Shown here piece after piece: positions 11,400 to 21,867 of a stretch of DNA of 55,818 nt; within the stretch, counting starts at the first letter, position 1; each line of letters starts with the position of its first letter. Position numbers and translations under genes: made by a program. Origin of the DNA: Deltaproteobacteria bacterium (GTDB lineage Bacteria; Desulfobacterota; Dissulfuribacteria; Dissulfuribacterales; QOAL01). Under the pieces are notes generated by a model. The model was not told the DNA's origin. It did no database searches and worked only from the letters and a program-made list of their open reading frames with translations. Location of the stretch: the NCBI GenBank assembly GCA_026991135.1, contig JALXCD010000095.1, positions 1 to 55,818 of the forward strand. The letters run 5' to 3'.

Positions 11400-12230
11400 A
11401 TGTCAGCAAAGGTAAGGGCAATTGTCACAACCGGATATGGGACAAACTGCGAGATGGAAATGGCCCATGCCTGCAAGGTTGCAGGGGCAGATGTGGTGGA
11501 TATAGTCCATCTAAGCGATATATTGGACGGGACCTTTAAGATAACCGACTATCATTTTTTGAATCTACCAGGAGGCTTTCTGGATGGAGATAACCTGGGG
11601 GCTGCCCAGGCCGGGGCCCATAGGCTTAAATATGCCAGGATAAAGGGAACGGGCCAAAGGCTCTTGGACCAGATACTTGAGTTTGTGGAAAATGGAGGGA
11701 TCATACTTGGAGTATGTAATGGCTTTCAGCTTATGGTAAAGACAGGTCTTTTGCCAGGCCTTGAAAAGGATTATGAAAACAGAGTGGTTAGCCTCACTTA
11801 TAACGATTCAGGAAGATTTGAAGACAGGTGGGTTACACTTAAGGCAAACCCCTCTTCTCCTTGCATATTTACAAAGGGGATAGATACCATTGAACTTCCA
11901 ATAAGGCATGGTGAAGGTAAGTTTGTTGGCCTAAATAATGAAGTGATTGATACCATCAGGGTTTCAAATCTCATAGCCCTTCAGTATGTTCATCCAGAGA
12001 CAAAGGAGCCAACAGAGGAGTATCCCTATAATCCCAACGGCTCTGTCCTTTCCATAGCAGGCATTTGTGACCCAACAGGAAGATTGATGGGCCTTATGCC
12101 ACATCCTGAGGGTTTTCATCATTTCACAAATCATCCCCAGTGGACCAGGAGATTTTGGGATCAGGAAGAAGGTGCAGGCATAGGCCTTTTTAGAAACGGT
12201 ATAGAATATATAAGGCGAAATTGCCTGTAG
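11400..12230 (+). CDS. purQ: Phosphoribosylformylglycinamidine synthase glutaminase subunit
   Basis: GTNCE, PGGF, GVCNGFQ, PNGS and MPHPE motifs. Confidence 0.95.
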   Translation: MSAKVRAIVTTGYGTNCEMEMAHACKVAGADVVDIVHLSDILDGTFKITDYHFLNLPGGFLDGDNLGAAQAGAHRLKYARIKGTGQRLLDQILEFVENGGIILGVCNGFQLMVKTGLLPGLEKDYENRVVSLTYNDSGRFEDRWVTLKANPSSPCIFTKGIDTIELPIRHGEGKFVGLNNEVIDTIRVSNLIALQYVHPETKEPTEEYPYNPNGSVLSIAGICDPTGRLMGLMPHPEGFHHFTNHPQWTRRFWDQEEGAGIGLFRNGIEYIRRNCL

Positions 12231-12241
12231 GCCCTAAAAAT

Positions 12242-12985
12242 ATGGTTCAAGAGGCCGCCTTTAATAATGAGGCTGGTGAGACATCCAGAGAGGATACACC
12301 AGCAAGAAAGATTGCCCTTTTTCTCTATAGATTTAGGCGATTTCTCTTTGAAATAGTTACACTTTTCCTTGTCCTAACCTTTTTTTTCTATTGGTATGCC
12401 CCTGATATCTTGATTTTTCTTCAATTGGAGCTTGATCAAAAGCTTGCCTTTTTTGGGGTCATGGAGCCCATAATTGCCCTTATAAAGATCGCAAGCACCT
12501 GTAGTATTGCCATACTTATGCCCCTTATCCTTTGGAGAATAGCACAGGTCCTGGTGGAGGCCTTTGGATTAAAAAAAAGGGCAGGGGTATTAATGGTCCT
12601 AACCGCCTTGGTACTTTTTTATTCAGGTGTATTGTTCTGTTTTTTTATTACCCTTCCCTTTGGGATAAATTTTCTTTTAAGCTATCAGTCCCAGGCCGTA
12701 AAACCTGTAATAAGCGTAGGGAAGTTTGTAAATTTTGTTGGCCTTTTTTTATTAGGTTTCGGTATTATCTTTGAACTTCCCCTTATAATGACATTGACAT
12801 GCAAGTTGGGCCTATGCAGTTATAAAATGTTTCAAGGGGGAAGAAGATATGCCATCTTGATAATTGCAATTCTTGCAGCCATTTTGACTCCAACCCCTGA
12901 TGTAATAAATATGTCCCTTATGGGCATTCCCCTTTATCTCCTCTATGAACTGGGGATATTGGTAGCGCGTTTAAGCTCAAAATAG
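12242..12985 (+). CDS. tatC: Twin-arginine translocase TatC (copy 1)
   Basis: Six hydrophobic segments; FELP, RRYA, AAILTPTPD, PLYLLYE motifs. ATG 12242 preferred. Confidence 0.85.
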   Translation: MVQEAAFNNEAGETSREDTPARKIALFLYRFRRFLFEIVTLFLVLTFFFYWYAPDILIFLQLELDQKLAFFGVMEPIIALIKIASTCSIAILMPLILWRIAQVLVEAFGLKKRAGVLMVLTALVLFYSGVLFCFFITLPFGINFLLSYQSQAVKPVISVGKFVNFVGLFLLGFGIIFELPLIMTLTCKLGLCSYKMFQGGRRYAILIIAILAAILTPTPDVINMSLMGIPLYLLYELGILVARLSSK

Positions 12986-13065
12986 ACCTTTCTTTTAATG
13001 CCCTTACCTTTTTATATTTAGGGAAAATATAAATTTTATTTGCTCAAAAAGTGAAGAACCCTTAC

Positions 13066-13093
13066 TTGACAATAGTATTTTAAAACATATATT
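13066..13093 (+). promoter_or_regulatory. Putative sigma70 promoter of the yceD-rpmF-fab operon
   Basis: TTGACA-16 nt-TATATT in an AT-rich intergenic region. Confidence 0.55.
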
Positions 13094-13154
13094 GTGACAT
13101 TTCTAAAAAAATTTTTTGAGTTATACTACTGCCAAAGGGCGAAATAAGAAGTTT

Positions 13155-13691
13155 ATGCAGACGCAAACTCATATTCAGGTATCAGATATCCCTGAAGAGG
13201 GGCTTTTTCTAAATTTTTTGGAGCTTTCTTCTCTCCTTCCAGGGGTAGATGAATATACCAAAATAACAAGTGCTAAAGGCAGGCTAGAGATACATAAAAA
13301 GGCCCAGGATGTTGAGATAATCGGTCATGTGGAGGCCAAGGTTAATCTCACCTGTGATAGATGCCTAAATCACTTTGAAAGGAAATTTGAGGCAGATTTT
13401 TTCTATCTCCTTCAGCCCAGGGAAGAATTTGGAAGAGGGCTAAAGGAAGAACATCAACTTACCAGCGACGATATAGACGTCTATTGGTATGAAGAGGGGC
13501 TCATAAAGGGGGAGGAGCTTTTTAGGGAGCAAATACTCCTTCAGTTACCCATGAGGATAATTTGTAGAAAGGATTGCAAAGGGCTTTGCCCTACTTGTGG
13601 AAAGGACTTGAATAAAGGAAAATGCAATTGTCAAGATGACCACAGTGACAGTCCCTTTGCAGTTCTTTCAAAATTAAAGGTTGCAAGCTGA
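13155..13691 (+). CDS. yceD: DUF177/YceD family protein
   Basis: CDRCL and CRKDCKGLCPTCG motifs; conserved position before rpmF. ATG 13155 chosen. Confidence 0.9.
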   Translation: MQTQTHIQVSDIPEEGLFLNFLELSSLLPGVDEYTKITSAKGRLEIHKKAQDVEIIGHVEAKVNLTCDRCLNHFERKFEADFFYLLQPREEFGRGLKEEHQLTSDDIDVYWYEEGLIKGEELFREQILLQLPMRIICRKDCKGLCPTCGKDLNKGKCNCQDDHSDSPFAVLSKLKVAS

Positions 13692-13718
13692 AAATAATTA
13701 ATTTGGAGGCAAATAAAA

Positions 13719-13901
13719 ATGGCTGTACCAAAGAGAAAGGTATCTAGGGCAAGGCGTGGTAATCGTCGTTCACATGATGCCCTCAGAAAACCAGCAGTAT
13801 CAATGTGTCCTAACTGTGCATCTCCCAAGGCGCCACACAGGATCTGTCCAAGTTGCGGCACATACAAAGGGAAATCCTTTAATAAAGAGGACGAAGAATA
13901 G
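13719..13901 (+). CDS. rpmF: 50S ribosomal protein L32
   Basis: MAVPKRKVSRARRGNRRSH with two CxxC pairs. Confidence 0.98.
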   Translation: MAVPKRKVSRARRGNRRSHDALRKPAVSMCPNCASPKAPHRICPSCGTYKGKSFNKEDEE

Positions 13902-13907
13902 AAAGAG

Positions 13908-14915
13908 ATGGCTGTAGCCCTTGATGCAATGGGCGGAGATAGGGGGCCTGGCCCCCTTGTAGAAGGGGCTGTAGAGGCTGCACGGGATTTTGGTATTGAA
14001 GTAATCCTTGTAGGGGATAAACTCATCCTTGAAAGGGAACTTGAACGGTTTAAGGCGCATGATCTTCCTATCCATATTCAACATGCTTCCCAGGTTGTGG
14101 ATATGGCCGAAGCCCCGTCTGAAGCTCTCAGGAGGAAAAAGGATTCCTCCATTCGTGTTGCCTTTAATCTAGTCAAGGAAGGTAAGGCCCAGGGGGTGGT
14201 TAGCGCTGGAAATTCTGGTGCCACCCTGGCAACGGCCATGTTTGTCCTTGGAAGAGTAAAAGGCATTAGGCCGGCCATTGCTACCCTGATTCCGACCTTA
14301 AAAGAGCCCGGTCTTATGATAGATGTAGGGGCCAATGTGGATTGTAAGCCCCACCACCTGCTTCAGTTTGGAATAATGGGCTCTCTTTTTGTAAAGGAGT
14401 TTTTGAAAAAGTCTTCTCCCCGAATTGGCCTTTTAAGCATCGGTGAAGAGGACAGTAAAGGAAATCAGCAAGTAAAAAAGGCCTATGACTTTCTAGCAGC
14501 GGCAGATTTGAATTTTGTTGGAAATGTAGAAGGCAGGGATGTATTTAAGGGTGATGTTGACGTAATTGTCTGTGACGGATTTGTTGGAAACATTTGTCTA
14601 AAGCTCAGTGAAGGCCTGGCAGAGACGGTTCTTACCATGCTAAAGAATGAGATCGAGGGGAATCTATTAGCTGTAATGGGATACGGCCTTGCAAAAAAGG
14701 CCTTTAGGCGTTTTAAACAAAGGGTGGATTATTCAGAATATGGAGGGGCTCCACTTCTGGGTGTAAAGGGGACGGTGATTATTTGTCATGGGAGGTCAGG
14801 TCCAAGGGCCCTTAAAAATGCCTTAAGGGTTGCAGATAACCTGGCAACCTTAAATCTCTCTGAAAAACTTCAGATCTCCATCTCAGAGCGAAAGGATTTT
14901 CTGAGGATTGTTTAA
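13908..14915 (+). CDS. plsX: Phosphate acyltransferase PlsX
   Basis: ALDAMGGD, SAGNSGA, DVGANVD, DGFVGN, HGRS motifs. Confidence 0.97.
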   Translation: MAVALDAMGGDRGPGPLVEGAVEAARDFGIEVILVGDKLILERELERFKAHDLPIHIQHASQVVDMAEAPSEALRRKKDSSIRVAFNLVKEGKAQGVVSAGNSGATLATAMFVLGRVKGIRPAIATLIPTLKEPGLMIDVGANVDCKPHHLLQFGIMGSLFVKEFLKKSSPRIGLLSIGEEDSKGNQQVKKAYDFLAAADLNFVGNVEGRDVFKGDVDVIVCDGFVGNICLKLSEGLAETVLTMLKNEIEGNLLAVMGYGLAKKAFRRFKQRVDYSEYGGAPLLGVKGTVIICHGRSGPRALKNALRVADNLATLNLSEKLQISISERKDFLRIV

Positions 14916-14925
14916 TTCCAAGCAA

Positions 14926-15909
14926 ATGTGTCCAAGATCCAGGATAATCGGCACTGGCTCTTTTGTGCCAGAAAAGGTCCTTACAAATAAGGACCTTGAA
15001 TCCATGATAGATACCAGTGATGAATGGATTACAACAAGAACAGGCATAAAGGAAAGACACATTGCAGCAGAAGGCGAAAACAATTCAGACCTTGCCATTT
15101 TGGCCTCAAAAAGGGCCCTTGAAATGGCAGGAATAGATGGCAAGGACCTTGATCTTATAATTGTAGGTACTCTGACACCTGATATGCCAATGCCGTCTGT
15201 GGCATGTCTCGTCCAGTTTGCCCTTGGTGCCAAAAAAGCAGGTGCAATGGATGTTTCAGCCACCTGTTCCGGGTTTCTCTACAGCCTTTCCATTGCAGAT
15301 AAGTTTGTAAGAGTAAATCCTCAAATGAAGATCCTTGTTATTGGAAGCGAGGTCCTTTCAAGACGGGTTAACTGGCAGGACAGGACAACCTGTGTCCTTT
15401 TTGGTGATGGGGCAGGGGCGGCAGTTGTCACAGGTGGAGATGGAAACGGGGGTATAATATCCACACATCTTCATGCAGACGGCTCTGTTTGGGAACTATT
15501 GACAATAAGAGGGCTTGGAACCAAGTATCCAATTGACCAGGAGATACTTTCAAAGGGCTGGCAGTATATTGAGATGCAAGGAAGGGATGTTTTTAAACAT
15601 GCAGTCCGCGCCCTTGAGTCAGTGACAAACGAAGCCTTAAAGGCAGCTGGCTGGGAAAGGCCAGACCTTGACCTTTTGATTGCCCATCAGGCAAATATCA
15701 GGATACTGGAATATTTAAGGGAAAGGCTTGAACTTCCAAGGGACAAGGTCTTTATCAATATCCACAAGTATGGTAATACCTCAGCGGCAAGTGTTCCCAT
15801 AGCACTTGATGAGGCCAATAGATCCGGGAGACTCAAAAGGGGAGACAAGGTCTTGATGATCTCCTTTGGAGGAGGGTTTACCTGGGCAGGTGTTACCATG
15901 GAGTGGTAG
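14926..15909 (+). CDS. fabH: 3-oxoacyl-ACP synthase III
   Basis: Catalytic ATCSGF, HQAN and GNTSAAS motifs. Confidence 0.96.
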   Translation: MCPRSRIIGTGSFVPEKVLTNKDLESMIDTSDEWITTRTGIKERHIAAEGENNSDLAILASKRALEMAGIDGKDLDLIIVGTLTPDMPMPSVACLVQFALGAKKAGAMDVSATCSGFLYSLSIADKFVRVNPQMKILVIGSEVLSRRVNWQDRTTCVLFGDGAGAAVVTGGDGNGGIISTHLHADGSVWELLTIRGLGTKYPIDQEILSKGWQYIEMQGRDVFKHAVRALESVTNEALKAAGWERPDLDLLIAHQANIRILEYLRERLELPRDKVFINIHKYGNTSAASVPIALDEANRSGRLKRGDKVLMISFGGGFTWAGVTMEW

Positions 15910-15945
15910 CAGCCAAAAGTTTAGAGGGGAAAGAGAGGGCATCTC

Positions 15946-17109
15946 ATGGCAAAGGTTAACTATTTTTTGACAGAAGAGCAGCAAATGATTGTGGATCTTG
16001 CCCACCAGATCGCTGTTGAAAAGATTATACCGGTCAGGGCAAGGCTGGATGAGATAGAGGAATTCCCATGGGACATCATGAAGGATCTTGCCCAGGCAGA
16101 CCTTTTTGGTCTTTATATTCCTGAGGAATACGGAGGACTAGGCGGAGGGTGTTTTGAAAACTGCCTTGCTGTGGAACAACTTGCCTATGGATGTATTGCA
16201 GTAACCACAACCTTTGCAGCAAGTGCCCTTGGGGCCTATCCTATCGTCCTATTTGGAAATGAGGAGCAAAAGGAAAGGTATCTTTCAGATATTGCTTCTG
16301 GAAGACGTCTTGCCGCCTTTGGTCTTACAGAGGCTGGAGCGGGAAGTGATGCAGCAGGGATTAAAACCACTGCAGTAGAGGACGGAGACTATTGGGTTTT
16401 AAATGGCACTAAGCAGTGGATAACAAATGGTGGAGAGGCAGAGGTCTATACCATAATCGCCCTTACTGATAAAAATAAAGGTGCTAGAGGTGCTTCGGCC
16501 TTCATAGTGGAAAAGGGGGACGAGGGCTTCAGCTTCGGAAAGAAGGAGAAAAAGATGGGGCTTAGGGCCTCTGCCACAAGGGAGCTTATTTTCAGTGACT
16601 GTCGCATTCCAAAGGATAGACTCCTTGGGCGAAGGGGGGCAGGTTTTATAATAGCCATGAAGACCCTGGATCTTGCCCGCCCTGGGATCGGCGCCATTGC
16701 CGTTGGCCTTTCCCAGGCTGCCCTTGATGAGTCAGTAAATTATGCAAGACAGAGGGTCCAATTTGGCCAGCCCATCATATCTTTTCAGGCAATTCAGCAC
16801 ATGCTGGCAGATATGGCCACCCAAATTGAGGCATCTAGGGCCCTGGTCTATGCCATCGCAAGGACAATAGATGCAGGGGAAAAGGACATTTCAAAGCTTT
16901 CTGCAATGGCAAAGCTCTTTCCAACCGATGTGGCCATGAAGGTCACAACAGATGCCGTTCAGATACTTGGAGGCTATGGATATATGAAAGAATATCCGGT
17001 AGAAAAGATGATGAGAGACGCCAAGATACTTCAAATTTATGAGGGCACCAATCAGATCCAGAGAAATGTGATTGGCCAGGCCCTAAACAAGGAATATGCC
17101 AGAAGATAA
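15946..17109 (+). CDS. Short-chain (butyryl-CoA dehydrogenase-like) acyl-CoA dehydrogenase
   Basis: FGLTEAGAGSD, GTKQWITNG, KMGLRAS, IYEGTNQIQR (catalytic Glu). Confidence 0.93.
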   Translation: MAKVNYFLTEEQQMIVDLAHQIAVEKIIPVRARLDEIEEFPWDIMKDLAQADLFGLYIPEEYGGLGGGCFENCLAVEQLAYGCIAVTTTFAASALGAYPIVLFGNEEQKERYLSDIASGRRLAAFGLTEAGAGSDAAGIKTTAVEDGDYWVLNGTKQWITNGGEAEVYTIIALTDKNKGARGASAFIVEKGDEGFSFGKKEKKMGLRASATRELIFSDCRIPKDRLLGRRGAGFIIAMKTLDLARPGIGAIAVGLSQAALDESVNYARQRVQFGQPIISFQAIQHMLADMATQIEASRALVYAIARTIDAGEKDISKLSAMAKLFPTDVAMKVTTDAVQILGGYGYMKEYPVEKMMRDAKILQIYEGTNQIQRNVIGQALNKEYARR

Positions 17110-17113
17110 GGTC

Positions 17114-17902
17114 ATGAATATTGTAGTTTGCATCAAACAGGTGCCAGACGCAGAGAGCGTCAAATGGGATCATAAGACAGGAACTCTCATAAGAGACGGG
17201 GTAAAAAGCGTAATAAATCCCTTTGACTATCATGCCATAGAGGCGGCCTTGACCCTGAAGGATGAACTTGGAGCAAAGGTCACTGCCGTAACCATGGGGC
17301 CTCCACAGGCCGAAGAGGCCATAAGAGAGGCCATGTCCATGGGGGTAGATGAAGGGGTAGTGGTATCAGACAGGGCCTTTGCAGGCTCTGACACCCTGGC
17401 CACCACCTATACCCTTTCAAGGGCCATTAAAAGGCTTGGGGATGTGCATGCGGTCTTTTGCGGAAAACAGGCCATTGACGGCGATACTGCCCAGGTTGGG
17501 CCAGGGCTTGCAGTTCGTCTTGGAATCCCCTGTGTTACCTATGTATCGGAAATGGAAGTTATTAATGGCGGTAAAGGCCTTAGATTAAAAAGGCTGAAGG
17601 AAGACGGCTTTGATATGGTGGAGGTGGACTTTCCGGTCCTTGTGACCACCTTGTCAACTCTAAATACCCCCAGGGTTCCTTCTTTAAAGGCAAAGATGAA
17701 GGCAAAAAGGGCAAAGATTCCTGTTTGGACCGCCGGCGATATAGGGGCAGATAAAAAAAGGATAGGGCTTAACGGCTCTCCCACTAAGGTCCATTCCACC
17801 TACATACCAAAGTTTGAGGCCAAAAGGGAGTTTTTGGAGGGAAGCCCAGAAGAGCAGGTGGATGCCCTAATTAAGAGACTTAAAGAGGCAGGTGTCATTT
17901 GA
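17114..17902 (+). CDS. etfB: Electron transfer flavoprotein beta subunit (bifurcating-type motifs)
   Basis: VCIKQVPD, SDRAFAGSDT, GKQAIDGDTAQVGP. Confidence 0.93.
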   Translation: MNIVVCIKQVPDAESVKWDHKTGTLIRDGVKSVINPFDYHAIEAALTLKDELGAKVTAVTMGPPQAEEAIREAMSMGVDEGVVVSDRAFAGSDTLATTYTLSRAIKRLGDVHAVFCGKQAIDGDTAQVGPGLAVRLGIPCVTYVSEMEVINGGKGLRLKRLKEDGFDMVEVDFPVLVTTLSTLNTPRVPSLKAKMKAKRAKIPVWTAGDIGADKKRIGLNGSPTKVHSTYIPKFEAKREFLEGSPEEQVDALIKRLKEAGVI

Positions 17903-19098
17903 TGCTTAGGATAGATATTGAAAAATGTATAGGCTGCGGGGAATGTGAAGAGGTCTGTAGCTTTGGCGCCATAACTATAGTTGATGACAAGGCAAGGGTG
18001 GATGAAGAATCCTGCACCCTTTGTGGCACCTGTGTGGATACCTGCCCTGAAGGGGCCCTTTCAATAGAAAAGGAAGGCGCTGAAGAGCTTGATCTTTCTT
18101 CCTGGAAGGGTGTCTGGGTGGTCTCTGAGATCAAAAACGGCCTTTTTTCCCCTGTAACCTTTGAGCTTCTTGGAAAGGCAAGGGAACTGGCAGACGCCAG
18201 AAATGTGCCATTAACGGCAATACTAATGGGATATGGCTTAAGGGATAAGGCAGATGAACTGATATCAAGAGGTGCTGACAGGGTAATAGTTGTCGATTCC
18301 AAAAGGCTTTCAGACTTTATTGATGACGCCTATGCCAGGGTTCTGGCACATCTTGCAAAAAAGGAGATGCCTGAAATAATCATTGCAGGGGCAACTGCCA
18401 CAGGAAGGGCCTTTATTCCCCAGGTTGCCACAATCCTTGAAACAGGTCTTACTGCAGACTGCACTGGCCTAGAAATTGATAAAGAGTCCGGTCAGCTTCT
18501 TCAAACACGTCCTGCCTTTGGCGGAAATTTAATGGCCACAATAATATGCGATACAAGGCGCCCCCAAATGGCAACGGTTCGGCCCCATGTCCTTAAGGCC
18601 CTTGAACCGGATACCTCAAGAAAGGGCGAGATAGTGGATTTTGAACCTCCTTCTGAGCTTCTGGATTCAAGGATAAAGGTCGTAGAGTCAGTAACCGAAG
18701 AGCAGAAAGGGCCAGGTCTTACTGAGACAGAGATAGTGGTTACTGCAGGAAGGGGCCTTGAAAAGAAGGAGAATCTAAAACTTGTAGAAGAGCTTGCCCG
18801 GTGTCTTGACGGGGCAGTGGGGGCCACCCGTGCCATTACCGATGCAGGCTGGATATCTCATTCACACCAGGTTGGCCAGACCGGGGTTACAGTTTCCCCA
18901 AGGCTTTATGTTGCATGTGGGGTTAGCGGGGCAATCCAGCACCTTGTGGGTATGCAGGGCTCTGAAATAATTGTGGCAATCAATAAGGATAAGGATGCCC
19001 CCATCTTTGATATTGCCACCTATGGAATAGTTGGGGATGTAAAGGAGATTTTACCAATATTATCCAAAAAGATATGTAAAGAGAGAGGACTTGATTGA
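17902..19098 (+). CDS. etfA: Electron transfer flavoprotein alpha subunit with N-terminal 2x[4Fe-4S] ferredoxin domain
   Basis: [11 protein letters not shown] and [12 protein letters not shown], then [33 protein letters not shown] overlap with etfB. Confidence 0.93.
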   Translation: MLRIDIEKCIGCGECEEVCSFGAITIVDDKARVDEESCTLCGTCVDTCPEGALSIEKEGAEELDLSSWKGVWVVSEIKNGLFSPVTFELLGKARELADARNVPLTAILMGYGLRDKADELISRGADRVIVVDSKRLSDFIDDAYARVLAHLAKKEMPEIIIAGATATGRAFIPQVATILETGLTADCTGLEIDKESGQLLQTRPAFGGNLMATIICDTRRPQMATVRPHVLKALEPDTSRKGEIVDFEPPSELLDSRIKVVESVTEEQKGPGLTETEIVVTAGRGLEKKENLKLVEELARCLDGAVGATRAITDAGWISHSHQVGQTGVTVSPRLYVACGVSGAIQHLVGMQGSEIIVAINKDKDAPIFDIATYGIVGDVKEILPILSKKICKERGLD

Positions 19099-19853
19099 TG
19101 TGTGAAAAGGCCTTGGCAGGTAAAAATGCCCTTGTAACAGGTGGGTCTCGCGGAATAGGAAGGGCCATTTGTCTAAAGCTTTCTGAGATGGGAGCCCATG
19201 TGGCAATAAATTTTACATCAAACAAGGAGGCGGCAGAGTCTGTAAAAAAAGAGATAGAAATAAATGGTGGCACAGCCACCCTTTTGCCCTTTGATGTCTC
19301 CGAAAAGGAAAAGGTCAAGGGGGCCATATCCCAATTTATCAAGGAAAAGGGGCCAATAGAGATTCTTGTAAATAATGCTGGTATCACCAGAGACGGGCTC
19401 CTTTTAAGGATGAAAGAAGAGGACTGGGACAGGGTCATTTCCATAAATCTTAAAGGGGCCTTTAACTGTATTCAGGCCTGTGCCATGAATATGATGAAGT
19501 GCAAGTGGGGGCGGATTATTAACATAGGTTCTGTGGTAGGGACCATTGGTAATGTGGGCCAGGCCAATTATGCCGCCTCTAAGGCCGGACTTGAGGGCCT
19601 TACAAAAACTGTGGCAAGGGAGATGGCATCTCGCGGCATCACAGTAAATCTTGTGGCTCCTGGCTTTATTGAAACAGATATGACAGCAGTCCTTCCCGAC
19701 GAAATAAAGGAAAGGCTTTTAGGAGAAATTCCCCTTGGACGAATGGGAAGTCCAAGGGAGGTGGCAGAGGCAGTCGCCTTTTTGGTATCACCTGCTGCAT
19801 CCTATATCACAGGTCATACATTGCATGTTAATGGCGGGTTAATCTGCCAATAA
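19098..19853 (+). CDS. fabG: 3-oxoacyl-ACP reductase
   Basis: [26 protein letters not shown] overlap with etfA. Confidence 0.96.
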   Translation: MCEKALAGKNALVTGGSRGIGRAICLKLSEMGAHVAINFTSNKEAAESVKKEIEINGGTATLLPFDVSEKEKVKGAISQFIKEKGPIEILVNNAGITRDGLLLRMKEEDWDRVISINLKGAFNCIQACAMNMMKCKWGRIINIGSVVGTIGNVGQANYAASKAGLEGLTKTVAREMASRGITVNLVAPGFIETDMTAVLPDEIKERLLGEIPLGRMGSPREVAEAVAFLVSPAASYITGHTLHVNGGLICQ

Positions 19854-19875
19854 TGATATTTTAGGAGGATGAGAA

Positions 19876-20112
19876 ATGGATGTTCAAGAAAAAATCATAG
19901 ACATAATTTCAAGTCAGCTCAGTGTGCCAAAGGAAAAGGTTGTTCCCCAGGCATCCTTTACAGATGATTTGGGAGCAGATTCTTTGGATCTAGTGGAGCT
20001 TGTTATGGCAATGGAAGAGGAATTCGGTATGGAAATAGCAGATGAGGACGCTGAAAAGCTTCAGACAGTTCAGGATACTATTGATTATGTAAAGCAACAC
20101 CTTAACAAGTAA
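19876..20112 (+). CDS. acpP: Acyl carrier protein
   Basis: LGADSLD phosphopantetheine site; acidic 78 aa; AGGAGG RBS. Confidence 0.98.
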   Translation: MDVQEKIIDIISSQLSVPKEKVVPQASFTDDLGADSLDLVELVMAMEEEFGMEIADEDAEKLQTVQDTIDYVKQHLNK

Positions 20113-20145
20113 TCTTTTTTAAAAGACATTTCAAAAGGGGCGCTC

Positions 20146-21402
20146 ATGACCACTAAAGACTGTAGCCGCAGGGTTGTGGTAACTGGTTTGGGAATTGTAT
20201 GTCCTGTTGGAATCGGGGTCAAGGAGAGCTGGGATAATATAGTTTCTGGCAGATCTGGGATAGACAGGGTTTCAAAATTTGACCCTGAAGGTTATGCATG
20301 TCAGATAGCAGGGGAACTTAAGGGATTTGACCCAGAAAAGTATATGTCCAAAAAGCTAATTAAAAGGCTTGATCCCTTTGTCCAGTATGCCATTGCAGCA
20401 GCAAAGGAGGCATGGGAGGATTCGGGCCTAGACATAGAAAAAGAAGATCCTATGAGAATAGGGGTAATAACAGGCTGCGGTCTTGGTGGCCTCGGAACTA
20501 TAGAGCACTATAGAGACACCTTGGTAAACAGAGGACCAAGGCGTGTAAGCCCCTTTTTTATCCCTATGGCCATACCGAACATGGGTTCCGGCCAGATTTC
20601 AATACTTTTTAATGCAAAGGGTCCAAATACTGTTGTATGTACTGCCTGTGCAGCAGGAACCCATGCCATTGGCTGGGCATTTAAGGAGATACAAAGGGGT
20701 GCTGCCGATATCATGTTTTGCGGAGGTTCTGAAGCAGTTATTACCGAGCTTGCCCTTGCAGGCTTTGGGTCTTTAAAGGCCTTGTCCACGAGAAATGATG
20801 AGCCCCAAAGGGCTTCCCGCCCCTTTGACAGAGACAGGGACGGGTTTGTTATTGGTGAAGGAGCAGGTATGTTGATCCTAGAGACTTTAGAGCATGCCAA
20901 GAAAAGGGGTGCAGATATCAAGGCCGAGATATGTGGATTTGGTCTTACAGGGGATGCATTTCACATGACAGCACCTCCTGATGATGGCGAAGGAGGGGCT
21001 AGAGCAATGAAGGAGGCCCTTGAAGACGCAAAGCTTTCACCAGAAGATATTGACTACATAAATGCACATGGTACAAGCACTCCCTTAAATGACTCTTGTG
21101 AGACAAAGGCCATAAAAAGCGTTTTAGGTGAACATGCCTATAAAATACCAGTCAGTTCCACAAAATCCATGACAGGACATCTCCTTGGTGGCGCAGGAGG
21201 GATTGAGGCGGTTTTTTCCGTAAACGCAATTTGTCATGGGGTTGTTCCTCCCACCATCAACTACGAAACCCCTGATCCAGAATGTGACCTGGACTACGTA
21301 CCAAATGAGGCCAGGGAGAAGGAGCTTAATGTTGTTTTGAGCAATTCCTTTGGCTTTGGAGGCACAAACGGGGTTTTGATTTTTAAGAAATTTTTGGGGT
21401 AA
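20146..21402 (+). CDS. fabF: 3-oxoacyl-ACP synthase II
   Basis: [34 protein letters not shown]. Confidence 0.97.
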   Translation: MTTKDCSRRVVVTGLGIVCPVGIGVKESWDNIVSGRSGIDRVSKFDPEGYACQIAGELKGFDPEKYMSKKLIKRLDPFVQYAIAAAKEAWEDSGLDIEKEDPMRIGVITGCGLGGLGTIEHYRDTLVNRGPRRVSPFFIPMAIPNMGSGQISILFNAKGPNTVVCTACAAGTHAIGWAFKEIQRGAADIMFCGGSEAVITELALAGFGSLKALSTRNDEPQRASRPFDRDRDGFVIGEGAGMLILETLEHAKKRGADIKAEICGFGLTGDAFHMTAPPDDGEGGARAMKEALEDAKLSPEDIDYINAHGTSTPLNDSCETKAIKSVLGEHAYKIPVSSTKSMTGHLLGGAGGIEAVFSVNAICHGVVPPTINYETPDPECDLDYVPNEAREKELNVVLSNSFGFGGTNGVLIFKKFLG

Positions 21403-21408
21403 TGCAGA

Positions 21409-21858
21409 ATGAAGGTTGCAATCGGCGCAGATCACGGTGGTTTTGAACTCAAGGAAGAGGTGGTAGCCTTTCTTAAAGGGCTTGGGTATCAGGTGGAAGA
21501 CCTGGGCTGTTACAGTAAGGATTCTGTTGATTATCCCCTTTATGCAAAAAAGGTAATAGAACTTGTAAAGGATGGAGGGTTTGAACGGGGGATTCTTATT
21601 TGCGGGACTGGGATTGGCATGTCCATTGTGGCCAATAGAATTCCAGGAATAAGGGCAGCCCTTTGTCATGAGCTTTTTACTGCCGAGATGAGTAGAAGGC
21701 ACAACAATGCAAATATCCTTTGCATGGGTGGACGGGTGATAGGTCCATCCCTTGCACTTGCGATGGTAAAGGTTTGGCTAGAGACCCCTTTTGATGGCGG
21801 ACGCCATGAAAGAAGGCTTTGTCAGATAGACCCTGATGATTCAATGTGTAAGGATTAA
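21409..21858 (+). CDS. rpiB: Ribose-5-phosphate isomerase B
   Basis: GADHGG, CGTGIG, HNNAN, GGRH motifs. Confidence 0.96.
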   Translation: MKVAIGADHGGFELKEEVVAFLKGLGYQVEDLGCYSKDSVDYPLYAKKVIELVKDGGFERGILICGTGIGMSIVANRIPGIRAALCHELFTAEMSRRHNNANILCMGGRVIGPSLALAMVKVWLETPFDGGRHERRLCQIDPDDSMCKD

Positions 21859-21867
21859 AAATAGGGT

